DNA from: an uncultured Gammaproteobacteria bacterium
Lineage (GTDB): Bacteria > Patescibacteriota > Microgenomatia > UBA8517
NCBI GenBank assembly: GCA_964599625.1
Contig: CAZRGC010000004.1
Span: 75,705 to 139,704 of the forward strand
Length of the DNA: 64,000 bases
Reading direction: 5' to 3'
Below the pieces are notes generated by a model that saw only the letters and a list, made by a program, of their open reading frames with translations, was not told the origin of the DNA and did not search any database. A program made the translations under genes and the position numbers. This document shows, in pieces, positions 18,672 to 31,185 of the stretch (position 1 is its first letter; each line of letters opens with the position of its first letter).

Positions 18672-19816
18672 AATCCTGAAAAGAAATTGTTTATATTTTC
18701 AACAATTAAGTCTTGGTCATCTTTCGAAATCTGTGCAAACAAAGGAAGTCTTAGCAGAGTGTCGTTTATATCGTTTGTAACCGGAAAGTCTTCTTGTTTA
18801 TATCCCAAGTTTTGTCCTACGGGGCTTGAGTGAAGCGGTACGTAATGAGCGACTGCGCCAATTTCTCTGGATCTCAGAAAGTCCATAAGTGCGTTTCTTA
18901 CTTCCGCATTTGGTAAAAGAATAAAGAATATGTGTGCATTATGTTCCTGGCCCTCCGGGATTGTCGGAAGTGTTAGCTTTCCTTTTTGCTCCAAACTTTT
19001 GAGCTGATCGTGATAATAGTTGTATTTATCAACTCTGAGTCTGGTTATTTCTTCTTCCATTTCCAGTTGTGCATACAAGAAGGCTGCTAGCATGTCGCTC
19101 GGAAGATAACTGCCTCCTATTTCTACCCATGTATACTTATCTATAACACCTCTTAAAAATTTAGAACGATTAGTGCCTTTTTCTCTTAGAATTTCTGCTT
19201 TTTCTATAGTTTCGCTATCCGGGTTATTAATTAGCAAAGCTCCACCTTCTCCTGAAACAATATTTTTTGTACCGTGGAAACTCAAACATCCGAAGTCTCC
19301 GATTGTGCCCAGATATTTACCCTTGTACTTACTGCCTATTGCTTGTGCTGCATCCTCTATAACTTTAAGATTGTTCTTCTTGGCCAAATCCATTATTTTA
19401 TCCATGTCGCAGGAGACTCCGGCATAATGAACAACCATAATTGCCTTTGTCTTTGGGGTTATGGCTTTTTCAACTTCGATCGGATCTATGTTTATTGTTT
19501 TTGGATCAACATCCACAAACTTTATTACAACCCCTTTTTCCAAAAGGATTGCATTGGCCGTTGAGGAAAAAGTGAAGGATGGCGCAATAACCTCATCACC
19601 CTTTTTGAGATCCAGCAGTTTTACTGCCATCTCCAAAGCAGTTGTGCACGACGTGGTCAATAGCACTTTTGGGATTTTGTATTTTTCCTCGAACCACCTG
19701 TGGACAAGCTTGGTATATTTTCCGTCACCGGCTGTGTCTAAACCATTGTCGATAATATCTTTTATATACTCGATTTCTTTCCCTGTTATATATGGTTTGC
19801 TGAATGGTATTTTCAT
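18668..19816 (-). CDS. wecE: dTDP-4-amino-4,6-dideoxygalactose transaminase (DegT/DnrJ family)
   Basis: LTTSCTTALEM, EDAAQ, SFHGTKNI, REKGTNRSKF, DKYTWV. Confidence 0.88.
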   Translation of the reverse strand: MKIPFSKPYITGKEIEYIKDIIDNGLDTAGDGKYTKLVHRWFEEKYKIPKVLLTTSCTTALEMAVKLLDLKKGDEVIAPSFTFSSTANAILLEKGVVIKFVDVDPKTINIDPIEVEKAITPKTKAIMVVHYAGVSCDMDKIMDLAKKNNLKVIEDAAQAIGSKYKGKYLGTIGDFGCLSFHGTKNIVSGEGGALLINNPDSETIEKAEILREKGTNRSKFLRGVIDKYTWVEIGGSYLPSDMLAAFLYAQLEMEEEITRLRVDKYNYYHDQLKSLEQKGKLTLPTIPEGQEHNAHIFFILLPNAEVRNALMDFLRSREIGAVAHYVPLHSSPVGQNLGYKQEDFPVTNDINDTLLRLPLFAQISKDDQDLIVENINNFFSGL

Positions 19817-20910
19817 TTTTTATTTTCTTTTTTAATTATTTCCTCAAAAAAGTCAGACATCATTTTTGCCACATTTGGCCATTTGAATTTCTTGGCATAA
19901 TTCCTGGCAAAAATTTTCATGCGTGATAGCTTAGCCGATTTGCTTGCATTTAGCAATAATTGTCCGTATTCTCGGACATTAAAGGCTTTGGCTTGGAAAG
20001 AAAACTCCGGTTTTAACCACCCGAATTCGGGAATGTCAAAAGTTACTAATGGAAGACCTGCTGCAATTGCTTCAATTGAGAAAAGCGGCAGATTGTCATA
20101 TCTCGAAGGAAAAGCTACCAAATGAGCATTGGCCAGAAGATCCATCTTCCTCTCTCCTTTTACGGTTCCTACCATGGTAACTTTGTTTTCCAACTTGAGA
20201 TCGGATATTAATCTTTTGACCTTTTCTGCGTCCGGACCACCCCCGGCAATTATCAACGGATATTTTATTTTTTCGGAAACTGAACCATATGCTTTCAGGA
20301 GCAAATCTATTCCTTTTTGTGCAATATCTAATCTGCCCAAGTACAATATATATTTGTTTGACTTGTGTTTTATCTTAAAATATTCATCCCCTACCCCTTG
20401 TGGAATCATCTTTGACAACGCGGTTGAGTTGTATTTTCTGAACAGTTTTTCGTCGGTATCTATGTACGGCATAAAATATTTGTAAAGTTTGCAACCTAAT
20501 GCCTCAAACCAAACAAAAGGTAGGTGATATTTTTCTGAAAACTGTTTCCCGGCAAAAACTGTTGGGAGGGCCACTACTGGTATTTTTGTGAATAACGGTG
20601 AAAACAAACTTGATATTGGTGCAGTAAAACATTCAACAATAATATCTGCTTTAAGCCTTGCCACTGTAAACGGTAAAAGTAAGATGTAGAAAGCATTGTT
20701 TACTTGAATATTTCCGGTGTTTATGCCGATATGCTTGTATGTAATCCCGTTTTCGGTTCTGTCTTTATAACCAGGATATTTGCTACAAATAGATACAACT
20801 TTATGTCCCATTTTCGCCAACCTACCACCGACCTCGTATGTCGCACGGGCCTGCCCCGCAGCCAGTAGAGGATTTTTTATATCATCAAGATCCAAGAATA
20901 TTATTTTCAT
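19813..20910 (-). CDS. glycosyltransferase family 4
   Basis: YLGRL...KG, FPSRYDNLPLFSIEA. Confidence 0.9.
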   Translation of the reverse strand: MKIIFLDLDDIKNPLLAAGQARATYEVGGRLAKMGHKVVSICSKYPGYKDRTENGITYKHIGINTGNIQVNNAFYILLLPFTVARLKADIIVECFTAPISSLFSPLFTKIPVVALPTVFAGKQFSEKYHLPFVWFEALGCKLYKYFMPYIDTDEKLFRKYNSTALSKMIPQGVGDEYFKIKHKSNKYILYLGRLDIAQKGIDLLLKAYGSVSEKIKYPLIIAGGGPDAEKVKRLISDLKLENKVTMVGTVKGERKMDLLANAHLVAFPSRYDNLPLFSIEAIAAGLPLVTFDIPEFGWLKPEFSFQAKAFNVREYGQLLLNASKSAKLSRMKIFARNYAKKFKWPNVAKMMSDFFEEIIKKENKK

Positions 20911-21824
20911 ATTGTTTTCTTTATTCCATCTTCAAGACTTGTGTTTGCTGTCCAGCCAAAAACACTTTTTGCCAGGTCTGCGTTCAACACACTTCTATCC
21001 TGACCAACCCCGGAGTTCTTGTCGTATTCAAAATTAATCTTGAAATCAAAGTCTTTTGAGATCATGTTCAATATTTGATTAATGGTCGACTCTTTCCCGG
21101 TTGATACGTTGTAGATCATCGACTTTTGTATAGCCTTTGGGAAATCTGTGAAACTTATTTTTTCGCAAAGATCTATAAGATCGTCAACATAAATAAAATC
21201 TCTGGTTTGTTCTCCGTCGCCGTCGATTACGACTTTTTCACCTTCTTTTATTTGATTTATGAACTTATTTATTGCACCCACAATCTCGGACTTTCCACCA
21301 ACTCCATATACGTTTGCAAATCTCAGTACGATCCCATTCATGCCGATCGAGTTGTAGTACTGAATGTATTTCTCAATAGCCAGTTTTGAGCATGCATAAG
21401 GTGAGGAGGGACTTTCTTTTTGTGTCTCTACTTGCCCCCCATTTGGGACAAAGTCACCGTATACTCCTGAAGTAGAAAAGAAAACTAAGTTCTTTATCTT
21501 TAGTTTTTGCATGCTTTCCAAAAGGTTTAAAGAACCTATTACATTTTCACCTGCAAACTTCAAAGGGTTTTTGAGAGATTCTTTAACGCTCTTTAGTGCT
21601 GCAAGATGGAATACAACATCCGGCTTTTCTGTCTCTAATATCTTGGTAAAGTCTTTATCCATTATGCTGTTTTCATAAAACTTTGCTTCATTGTTCAGGT
21701 TGCTTTTAAAGCCGCTCGACAGGTTATCAACAACGACAACTCTGTTCCCTAGATCCAACATTCTTTGAACCAATTTGGGACCAATATAACCTGCTCCTCC
21801 TGTGATCAAAATTGTTTTTTTCAT
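20907..21824 (-). CDS. NAD-dependent epimerase/dehydratase (GalE-like)
   Basis: TGGAGYIG, YACSK; start placed at the MKKTIL ATG overlapping the upstream stop. Confidence 0.9.
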   Translation of the reverse strand: MKKTILITGGAGYIGPKLVQRMLDLGNRVVVVDNLSSGFKSNLNNEAKFYENSIMDKDFTKILETEKPDVVFHLAALKSVKESLKNPLKFAGENVIGSLNLLESMQKLKIKNLVFFSTSGVYGDFVPNGGQVETQKESPSSPYACSKLAIEKYIQYYNSIGMNGIVLRFANVYGVGGKSEIVGAINKFINQIKEGEKVVIDGDGEQTRDFIYVDDLIDLCEKISFTDFPKAIQKSMIYNVSTGKESTINQILNMISKDFDFKINFEYDKNSGVGQDRSVLNADLAKSVFGWTANTSLEDGIKKTI

Positions 21825-24800
21825 ATTATTTTTGTTAGTTCCCCTGCACTGTTGTCCCATTCAAATTTCTTTGCCCATTCGATACTGTCTTTGTCCATTC
21901 TTTGCCTGGTTCTGTTGTTTTTGAGCAAAGTAACTATATTCTCTGCAAATTCTTCGGAATTGCCGTAGGGCACAAGGACACCTGAATGTGGGTTGTGCAC
22001 AGCATCCCTTAGCCCCGCCACATTGCTGGCAACAACAGGAGTTCCACAAGCGTTGGCTTCTATTGTTGTTATGCCCCAACCTTCGATGAGTGAAGGGTTA
22101 ACAAAAAGCCAGGCCCTTTGATAGAGTTTTATTTTTTCTTCATCTGATACTTTTCCGGTAAATTCTATTTTGTCTGCAAGCCCAAGTTTCTTTGCCAACT
22201 TCATCAAACGTTTTTTATCTTGGCCTTCTCCTGCTATGACAATTTGTACTTTAGGAACTTTTTCCAGAACCACTTTCGCGGCGCGAATCAAAACATCAAT
22301 GGATTTTTGTGGGGTAAGGCGACCCAAGTAGAGAATCATTGGACGTGCCGATTTTTTGGCAGGTTTGTATTTATTCAAATCTACGCCGTTGTAAATGATG
22401 TGAGGCTCTTTGGTAGTGAGTTTGTGCTCCAAAATATCCGCTTTGGAAGACGGAGATACTGTAATAACCTCGGTGTTTTTGTAAACCATGGGCATTATGC
22501 GTTTCTCCAAAAACTGCCCTATCCAACTGAGTGGGGGTACTAGTTTCATTCGGAACACCTCCTGATGTACATGATGAATCAAAAGGAATATTTTCTTGCT
22601 GGAATATAACGGGGTAAAAAATGGAATTCCGTTTTCGCTGTCTATGATTACATCAAAATACTTGTGAAGCTTCAGGACATAATACAAAAATGCCCAAAGA
22701 TAAACTGTATAAAAACCTCCGCGGCGGATTATTTGTACACCTTCGACTTTTTCGTTCCTTGGGTTTTTTCGGTCGTTGCCGCAAAAAATAGTGACCTTGT
22801 AACCCTTTACAACAAGCCGTTTGGCTATTTCGTGTATGTAGACCTCTGCTCCCCCGCTCCAAACATGCTTTGTATCGCGCCAATTGAATATAAGAATACG
22901 CGGGTGGCCTGTTGTGTTTTCTGTAGATTTGGGGCCGACAAGTGTAAAAAGACCCAAAAAATCGGCCAAATTAGTAAGGATGGAATAGACGGCATCGTGA
23001 TAAAAGTTAAGAGCAACCATGCTTCCCAGGTAGATGGCCCCACCCAAAAGCATTGCCCAGACGATGTCTCCAATACCTCTGTGAATAATTGCAATACCTG
23101 CAATCTGCACCAATGAAAATACAAATCCTAGATAAGAAAATATATGTCGCCCTTTTACCTGGTGATAGTTAACTATTGTTACAGCAACTGTTTGCAAAAG
23201 TATTGCAAATGTATACAAGGGAAGATATTGGATTACGGAATTGACCTTGTCGCCAAAAAGTATGGGTGCAGTAATCCAACCAAAAACTCCAAATGCCAAG
23301 AAGGCTAGTACCGACATTCCGGTGGTTGCCCCCAGTATCTTGTAAAAAGTATTTTGGGAACTTACCCCCTCACCTTCGTTTTTGCTTACAATTGGTGTAA
23401 CAAATCCGCTAAGCAGTGACCCGATCATGTAAACCATCTTTCCGGCCAAAGACAGAATTGCGTAACGCCCAGCATCCTCGGGTGAGAGATATATTTTTGC
23501 CGCCACTACATCCAGGCTCAGAAACGCTATTGTTGAAATTTTGTTTGCAACCGAAGATGCAAAAAACTTAGCAGGGAACTTTTCTTCAGATTTTTCGATT
23601 TCTACAACTTTTGATTTAAGGTTAAGAATAAACAACCAACCGATTGCAAATGAGCAAAACATTGAAATTGGGATACTTAGGTAAACCCACTCATGGAGCC
23701 CAAGTTGAACAAAAAGGACACTGAAAATAAGTTTTGCCAATGCCTCTCCGATCACAGCCACCCCCGAGATCACGAACAGCTGATTACCCGACACAAACCC
23801 TCCATCAACACTTGCAACAAACCCCATTACCCAAACAGGAACAAAGATCAAAAACGGAAGGTATGTATCTGATTTAAAAACATTTGTAAGTATTGGGGTT
23901 AAGATTAGCCAAACCACTGCCAACACAGTTGAAGTCTTGGCCATGGAACCGCGCACCTTCTGCCAATATTCTTTAACAGGGGTTTGGTATTTACCAAACA
24001 AATACCCAGACTTGTAGGTAACAGTTCTTGCCAAAGCAGACAGTGGAATGCTTGTTATGTAAACAAAACTCCCAACAAGGCCAATCAGACCAAAATCTTC
24101 CAGGTCAAGTTTCCTCCCAAGGTAGGCGTTATACAAAAAATTGAGAACGTTGCCGACCATTGAGGCAAATATCAAAAACGCTCCGGAAACATAATCTTTG
24201 TTTAAGGGGATTCCAAACTTGAAGTTAACAAACCTGGCAACTTTAACTTCATCCTTTTTGGAAAGGTCCAAATCCAGTCCGTGAATTGTTTTTTCCCAAA
24301 AATGCGGCTTAAATATCAGCTGGTAAACCGCAACAAAGGCTCCGATTGATGCCAGGAGCCAATAAATGGGAACAAAGTAAATGTATTTGATAATCTGCCA
24401 TTGTCCCCTTTTGGCGGCACCGATCATGTAGTAGTACAAATACAAAAAATTCCCAAACACTGCCGAGGTTGCTGCTATATAAAAAACAACAGGCGGAAAT
24501 AAAGATTCAATTTGCGGACCTACAAATCTGTAGAGTGCAAAATAAGCAATTGTCATTGCCCACAAAAATGGGTTTATAAGCATGAAGCTGATACGAAGAC
24601 CCGACACAAGTTGGAAAACAAAAAAATGACCTTTGCCAGTTTTGGCGAATTCCAAAGACTTTCGGTTGTGAACAAGGTATGTTTGCAGATAACCTTTTAT
24701 CCATCTGCTTCTTTGACGGATCCAGTTTTTGACATTACTATTGGCTTCCTCCAAAGTCACAGAATCAAAAATGGCTGTTTTGTAGCCTGCTCTAAAAAGT

Positions 24801-26389
24801 CTTATGCCAAGGTCTGCATCCTCCGTAACGTTAAAAGAATCCCAACCCTGCAAGTCCCGCAAAGCCTGTGTACGGAAGTGGTTGCTTGTTCCCCCCAGGG
24901 GAATTGTGGTTTCGATTGATTGCAGGCCGGGCAAAATTACGTCGAACCACAAAGAATATTCCGCCGTAAAAAGCCTGGTTAAAAGGTTTTGATGAGGATT
25001 AAAGTAGTTGAGCTTTGCCTGCAAACAAAACACGTCCATCTTGCTTTCCTGGAACGACAAATATGCCTTTTTGAGTTGTGTGGGTTCGGGCCTGTCCTCC
25101 GCATCGTAAATGACAATAAATTCTCCTGTGGCAATTTTTAATCCGTAATTGCAGGCTTTTGGCTTTGTTTTTGGTTGAGAGTCGGGAACAATTGCGATTT
25201 TAAAATAATCGGGAAGGTCAAGCTTTTTTGCCGCTTCGATTGTGTTCTCGTCATCTTCCTCCAGGAGTAAAAGCACCTCGAGTTTGTCTTTTGGATAGTC
25301 CAGTTTTCCGATGTTTTCCACAAAAGTGGGAAGCACTTTGGCTTCGCGGTACAAAGGACAGAGGATTGTATAGCGTGGGAGATAGCCGTCTTTAATATTT
25401 TTTAGGTGATCATCTGAAATTTTGATTTCGGGAGGAAAATGCAAACTTTTAAGTACCAGAAATAGGCCGAAAAATAGGTCCAAAAAGTATATAAATGACA
25501 AAATGGATATAAACAAAATAAGCGTTGATTTTGTTGCTATCAAAAGGCCTAAAAGTAATGCCGTGATCGCACCAACTATCAGAACTTTTTGCCAAGGTGT
25601 GAATGTAACGAAAGCGGATTTGGTAATATGCAGGTCTGTGTGGGTGGTGAACTTTTTGGCTTTGTATGCAAAAGTTCCCTCTTCAATTTTTATTATCCTT
25701 TTTTTGCCGAACTTGGCTTTTACTGCACTCTTGACTACTTGGTATGTTCCGGAAACTAGTGTGATTTTGGATTTGCCTTTTGCTCTTTCTGCAAAATCGA
25801 TACTAACGCATCCCATCGACTCCCCTGTTTGTTTGGCTGCGTCAACCAGGGATATATCAAAACTCCAGGGTGTCAAAGTCGCCGGGTCGATATAGTTTGC
25901 TAGCTTTCGTTTGAAAAGTTTAAGTCCAGATTGGATATCACATGGGACACCCATAAGGATGTTTCCAATTACAAATCTACTTATTTTGGAGACAAACTTT
26001 CTCCATAGTTTTTCCGAATTTCTGCCTCTGTTGGCGGTAACTATTCCCTGGTCTTTTGTCTTGGCAAGCGCATACATCTCCGGAATTGCCTCTGGCGGAT
26101 ACTGCAAATCACCGTCAATCATGGCAACGTACTCCGCGTCACTGATACTGGCACCCTGGAGTATGGAAAAAGCTTTCCCCCGCTTTCCGTGTTTGAGTTG
26201 ATACTTTATAGGATATTTTTTGGAAAGTTTTTGGATAACATCTTTTGTATTATCTTTGGAAAAGTCATCAATAAAGACTATGCCGTAATCAATACCTGCA
26301 GATTTGAGACTTGTATCTATCCTTTTGACCAGATCCTGGACATTTTCGGCCTCGTCCATCACTGGGACAACAACATCTATTTGTTTCAT
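21821..26389 (-). CDS. multidomain glycosyltransferase: GT2 (Dpm1-like) + processive GT2 + Wzx-like flippase + GT4
   Basis: VPVMDE/IDGDLQYPP; YDAED, TED, QRSRW; long multi-TM segment; NWRD..GGAE, EGWGITTIEA. Confidence 0.88.
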   Translation of the reverse strand: MKQIDVVVPVMDEAENVQDLVKRIDTSLKSAGIDYGIVFIDDFSKDNTKDVIQKLSKKYPIKYQLKHGKRGKAFSILQGASISDAEYVAMIDGDLQYPPEAIPEMYALAKTKDQGIVTANRGRNSEKLWRKFVSKISRFVIGNILMGVPCDIQSGLKLFKRKLANYIDPATLTPWSFDISLVDAAKQTGESMGCVSIDFAERAKGKSKITLVSGTYQVVKSAVKAKFGKKRIIKIEEGTFAYKAKKFTTHTDLHITKSAFVTFTPWQKVLIVGAITALLLGLLIATKSTLILFISILSFIYFLDLFFGLFLVLKSLHFPPEIKISDDHLKNIKDGYLPRYTILCPLYREAKVLPTFVENIGKLDYPKDKLEVLLLLEEDDENTIEAAKKLDLPDYFKIAIVPDSQPKTKPKACNYGLKIATGEFIVIYDAEDRPEPTQLKKAYLSFQESKMDVFCLQAKLNYFNPHQNLLTRLFTAEYSLWFDVILPGLQSIETTIPLGGTSNHFRTQALRDLQGWDSFNVTEDADLGIRLFRAGYKTAIFDSVTLEEANSNVKNWIRQRSRWIKGYLQTYLVHNRKSLEFAKTGKGHFFVFQLVSGLRISFMLINPFLWAMTIAYFALYRFVGPQIESLFPPVVFYIAATSAVFGNFLYLYYYMIGAAKRGQWQIIKYIYFVPIYWLLASIGAFVAVYQLIFKPHFWEKTIHGLDLDLSKKDEVKVARFVNFKFGIPLNKDYVSGAFLIFASMVGNVLNFLYNAYLGRKLDLEDFGLIGLVGSFVYITSIPLSALARTVTYKSGYLFGKYQTPVKEYWQKVRGSMAKTSTVLAVVWLILTPILTNVFKSDTYLPFLIFVPVWVMGFVASVDGGFVSGNQLFVISGVAVIGEALAKLIFSVLFVQLGLHEWVYLSIPISMFCSFAIGWLFILNLKSKVVEIEKSEEKFPAKFFASSVANKISTIAFLSLDVVAAKIYLSPEDAGRYAILSLAGKMVYMIGSLLSGFVTPIVSKNEGEGVSSQNTFYKILGATTGMSVLAFLAFGVFGWITAPILFGDKVNSVIQYLPLYTFAILLQTVAVTIVNYHQVKGRHIFSYLGFVFSLVQIAGIAIIHRGIGDIVWAMLLGGAIYLGSMVALNFYHDAVYSILTNLADFLGLFTLVGPKSTENTTGHPRILIFNWRDTKHVWSGGAEVYIHEIAKRLVVKGYKVTIFCGNDRKNPRNEKVEGVQIIRRGGFYTVYLWAFLYYVLKLHKYFDVIIDSENGIPFFTPLYSSKKIFLLIHHVHQEVFRMKLVPPLSWIGQFLEKRIMPMVYKNTEVITVSPSSKADILEHKLTTKEPHIIYNGVDLNKYKPAKKSARPMILYLGRLTPQKSIDVLIRAAKVVLEKVPKVQIVIAGEGQDKKRLMKLAKKLGLADKIEFTGKVSDEEKIKLYQRAWLFVNPSLIEGWGITTIEANACGTPVVASNVAGLRDAVHNPHSGVLVPYGNSEEFAENIVTLLKNNRTRQRMDKDSIEWAKKFEWDNSAGELTKII

Positions 26390-26497
26390 CTTTTATTTGC
26401 AAAAAATCTAAAGCGATTTGACTTAATAAACGCCTGAAGCTAATTAGAATATAGGATATATTTTCCTTTTAGTAATTATTTTCAAGTTTGAGGCTAT

Positions 26498-26526
26498 AAT
26501 TTACAGACTACAGGCACGCTTGTCAA
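26498..26526 (-). promoter_or_regulatory. sigma70 promoter of the glycan operon
   Basis: TTGACA-N17-TAAATT. Confidence 0.6.
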
Positions 26527-26560
26527 GAAGAAATTTATCCTGTAATGAAGGTTTTTGTGT

Positions 26561-27037
26561 TTACTTTTCCATTGCCGAACTTATTTCTTTTTCGGCTGTT
26601 TCGGCATCTTTGTATTCCCCTGTTTTTACCCACTTGTCGGGCTCGATGTTTTTGTAGTTATCAAAAAAGTCTTTGATTTGTTTTAGTTGGTGCGGGTGTA
26701 AGTCGGAAATCTTGGTTACAGTCCCCATAATAGGATCAACCTTTTTGACTGCAGTGGCGATTATTTTTGTGTCAATTCCCCCCTCATCTTCCATCTCAAG
26801 CATTCCAATCACTTGGCATTTAATTACTACACCGGGAACTAGTGGTTCGGAAGTAAGGACTATTATGTCCAACGGGTCACCGTCTTTTCCACGTGTGCCT
26901 TCTATAAAACCATAGTTAAATGGGAAAAAATTTGCTCCATGAAGAATTCTGTCGGCTGTAAGTTTGCCTGTTTCCTCGTCTATTTCGTATTTGACGCGGC
27001 TTCCGTATGGAATTTCTATATATGCTTTCAGGTCCAT
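26561..27037 (-). CDS. ppa: inorganic pyrophosphatase (family I)
   Basis: IEIP, KYE, NYGFI, DGDPLD, DTKI. Confidence 0.95.
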   Translation of the reverse strand: MDLKAYIEIPYGSRVKYEIDEETGKLTADRILHGANFFPFNYGFIEGTRGKDGDPLDIIVLTSEPLVPGVVIKCQVIGMLEMEDEGGIDTKIIATAVKKVDPIMGTVTKISDLHPHQLKQIKDFFDNYKNIEPDKWVKTGEYKDAETAEKEISSAMEK

Positions 27038-27078
27038 AGGCTTATTTTAAATCGCAAAACTTAAATTTCAAGACTCAA

Positions 27079-27759
27079 ATGATACAATGCCATGTGGACG
27101 GTACAACACTATATATAAGTTCCAGGGAGTTTGGGCACACAGGCCTTTTGTCCCCCGAAAACCGCAAAAGATTTTTTGATAGCGTTAACGTTTCAGAAAA
27201 AGATGTGGTGAGTATGCATCTGACACACACCAACAACGTAGTTGCCGTGGGAAAAAGCGATGGTGGGAGACTTTTTGAGGACACAGATGGACTTGTTACA
27301 AATGAAACCGGAATCTGGCTGGCTCTTCCTGTGGCCGATTGCCTACCTATTATTATTTACGACCCTATCAATAAAGCTATCGGTTTGGTGCATGCGGGTT
27401 GGAGAGGGCTGGACAATGGTGTTTTGGAGAATGCTTTGCGGTTGATGAACGAAAAGTATGGCAGCAACTTATTTGACCTAAAAGTTAAACTTGGAGCCTG
27501 CATTTGTCAAAAGCATTTTGAAGTAAAGATGGACGTTTTGGAAAAATTTGCCAGTTATGCTGCGGCAATTCATACAGAAGATGGCAAATACTTTTTGGAT
27601 TTAAGAAAAGTGGCGGTAATACAACTTTTGGCCTTTGGAATTCCTCTTAAAAACATGGAAATAGACGGCAGGTGCACTCTCGAAGAAAAAGAACTTTTTT
27701 CGTTCAGGGGCGGGGATGTTAAGGGCAGAAATCTCTATCTATTGACATTAAATCATTAG
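27079..27759 (+). CDS. pgeF: YfiH/PgeF family protein (purine nucleoside phosphorylase / polyphenol oxidase-like)
   Basis: HTNNV, DGLVT, ADCLPI, VHAGWRG. Confidence 0.9.
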   Translation: MIQCHVDGTTLYISSREFGHTGLLSPENRKRFFDSVNVSEKDVVSMHLTHTNNVVAVGKSDGGRLFEDTDGLVTNETGIWLALPVADCLPIIIYDPINKAIGLVHAGWRGLDNGVLENALRLMNEKYGSNLFDLKVKLGACICQKHFEVKMDVLEKFASYAAAIHTEDGKYFLDLRKVAVIQLLAFGIPLKNMEIDGRCTLEEKELFSFRGGDVKGRNLYLLTLNH

Positions 27760-27775
27760 TTGATAATACTTAATT

Positions 27776-28438
27776 ATGGCTTACAACAATAAGTACAATG
27801 TCGTCCACAAAGGACTGAATATGGTATTTGTTGTTTTCTCCTTGGTTGTTATGGGTGGTGCTGCTTTTGCCATGACCACAATGAACTTCAATTACAAATC
27901 AAGTGCGGCCAACGCCACAGTTACCGCAACAGGGAACATTGTCAAAGCCGGTACTTCGGATTTCGCAAAATGCGCGGAGTTTATCAAAACAAACAATTTA
28001 CCGACCACAACGCTTAAATATGGACTTTTGAATGCAACAACAACCGCGGACGTGGCAGGGGTAAAATACAATAACCCCATCCCGTGTCTTCCACTTTCGA
28101 TACAAGCCAGTTTTGCAGATCCATTTTTGACCAAAAAGGTAACAGTTACAGGAACGTATAAAGATAAGATTTTTTACGCTAACACAATTAGGCTTTTTGG
28201 TGTTGCCTGCACAGAACAGTGTCCCGGTAAGGACGGTGTCTTAAGAAACTGCACCCCTCCGGAGGCTGATGGAACTTCGAGTGACAGCCTTTGTAACTCC
28301 AAAGGACGTGTTGAGACTTGTGGAACCAGTCAATACTGCTGTCCGGCAGCGGGTGGCAAGTGGACTACTGACATGAGTGCCTGTAAAGCTACAGGAAAAC
28401 CACGACCTACTCCAATGGTTCCTCCGCCTAGCCGTTAG
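27776..28438 (+). CDS. membrane-anchored protein with Cys-rich C-terminal module
   Basis: N-terminal TM; eight Cys in the last ~75 aa; TTGACA promoter at 27742. Confidence 0.75.
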   Translation: MAYNNKYNVVHKGLNMVFVVFSLVVMGGAAFAMTTMNFNYKSSAANATVTATGNIVKAGTSDFAKCAEFIKTNNLPTTTLKYGLLNATTTADVAGVKYNNPIPCLPLSIQASFADPFLTKKVTVTGTYKDKIFYANTIRLFGVACTEQCPGKDGVLRNCTPPEADGTSSDSLCNSKGRVETCGTSQYCCPAAGGKWTTDMSACKATGKPRPTPMVPPPSR

Positions 28439-29165
28439 CAAAAATCGGTTTTACCAAAGAATAAACGGTCCGTTTTGCTTGGGAGTGTGGATACCAGTCT
28501 TTTTCGTCTTTGTCGGGGGTCCAATTTGTAATATTTTGGACTTTTAGACCTGATTTTCGAAGTTCCCGCCCCAAAACTAGTCCAATAACAGGATAGTAAG
28601 GAGGTCCAATGTGGGTTATGTCTTTTCCCATTTTTTCTAACTCTGAAGTCTTTTTTGCATAGTCGTCCTCCCCAAAAAAAATTTTACCAACCCGGTCTTT
28701 GACCCCGGCTTTGTCATAATGAAACATCGGAAAAAAATATGAAAGATTAGTTGTCAGAAGAAGTTCACCGTCTGGGCGTAATACTCTGAATATTTCTTTG
28801 AGCAACTCTCCCCTATTGGGACAGTGAACAAGTGCGTCTTTGAAATGCACCCCGTTAAAAAAGTTGTCAGGAAAAGGCATTGGGCCGATGGTTGTTTTTA
28901 CCCTGTCTTTGCGTTTCTGCTTTTCAAGCATGTCGCCAGAAATATCCAGTCTTATAGTTCTGATTTTATAGACTTCCAGATAATCAGAAGAACTGCCCGC
29001 TCCTGCGGCCAAGTCCAAAACAATTGGCTTTTGATATTTGTTTATTCGCTCTGAGTAAGGGTGTAATACTTGAGTTCGGTAGCTTAGGGGAGCCCCGTCG
29101 AACATATCAAATCTAACATCTGTGTCCCTGTTTCCGTATCTACTCAAAGCACTTAGTCTTTCCAT
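28428..29165 (-). CDS. class I SAM-dependent methyltransferase
   Basis: VLDLAAGAG, LDISGDML, PFPDNFF, RVLRPDG. Confidence 0.85.
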   Translation of the reverse strand: MERLSALSRYGNRDTDVRFDMFDGAPLSYRTQVLHPYSERINKYQKPIVLDLAAGAGSSSDYLEVYKIRTIRLDISGDMLEKQKRKDRVKTTIGPMPFPDNFFNGVHFKDALVHCPNRGELLKEIFRVLRPDGELLLTTNLSYFFPMFHYDKAGVKDRVGKIFFGEDDYAKKTSELEKMGKDITHIGPPYYPVIGLVLGRELRKSGLKVQNITNWTPDKDEKDWYPHSQAKRTVYSLVKPIFANG

Positions 29166-29218
29166 GCGGCGATTGTACTACTACAACCGATAGTTTGGAA
29201 TATTTAATTACGATGAGG

Positions 29219-31180
<1,962 letters not shown>

Positions 31181-31185
31181 CTATC

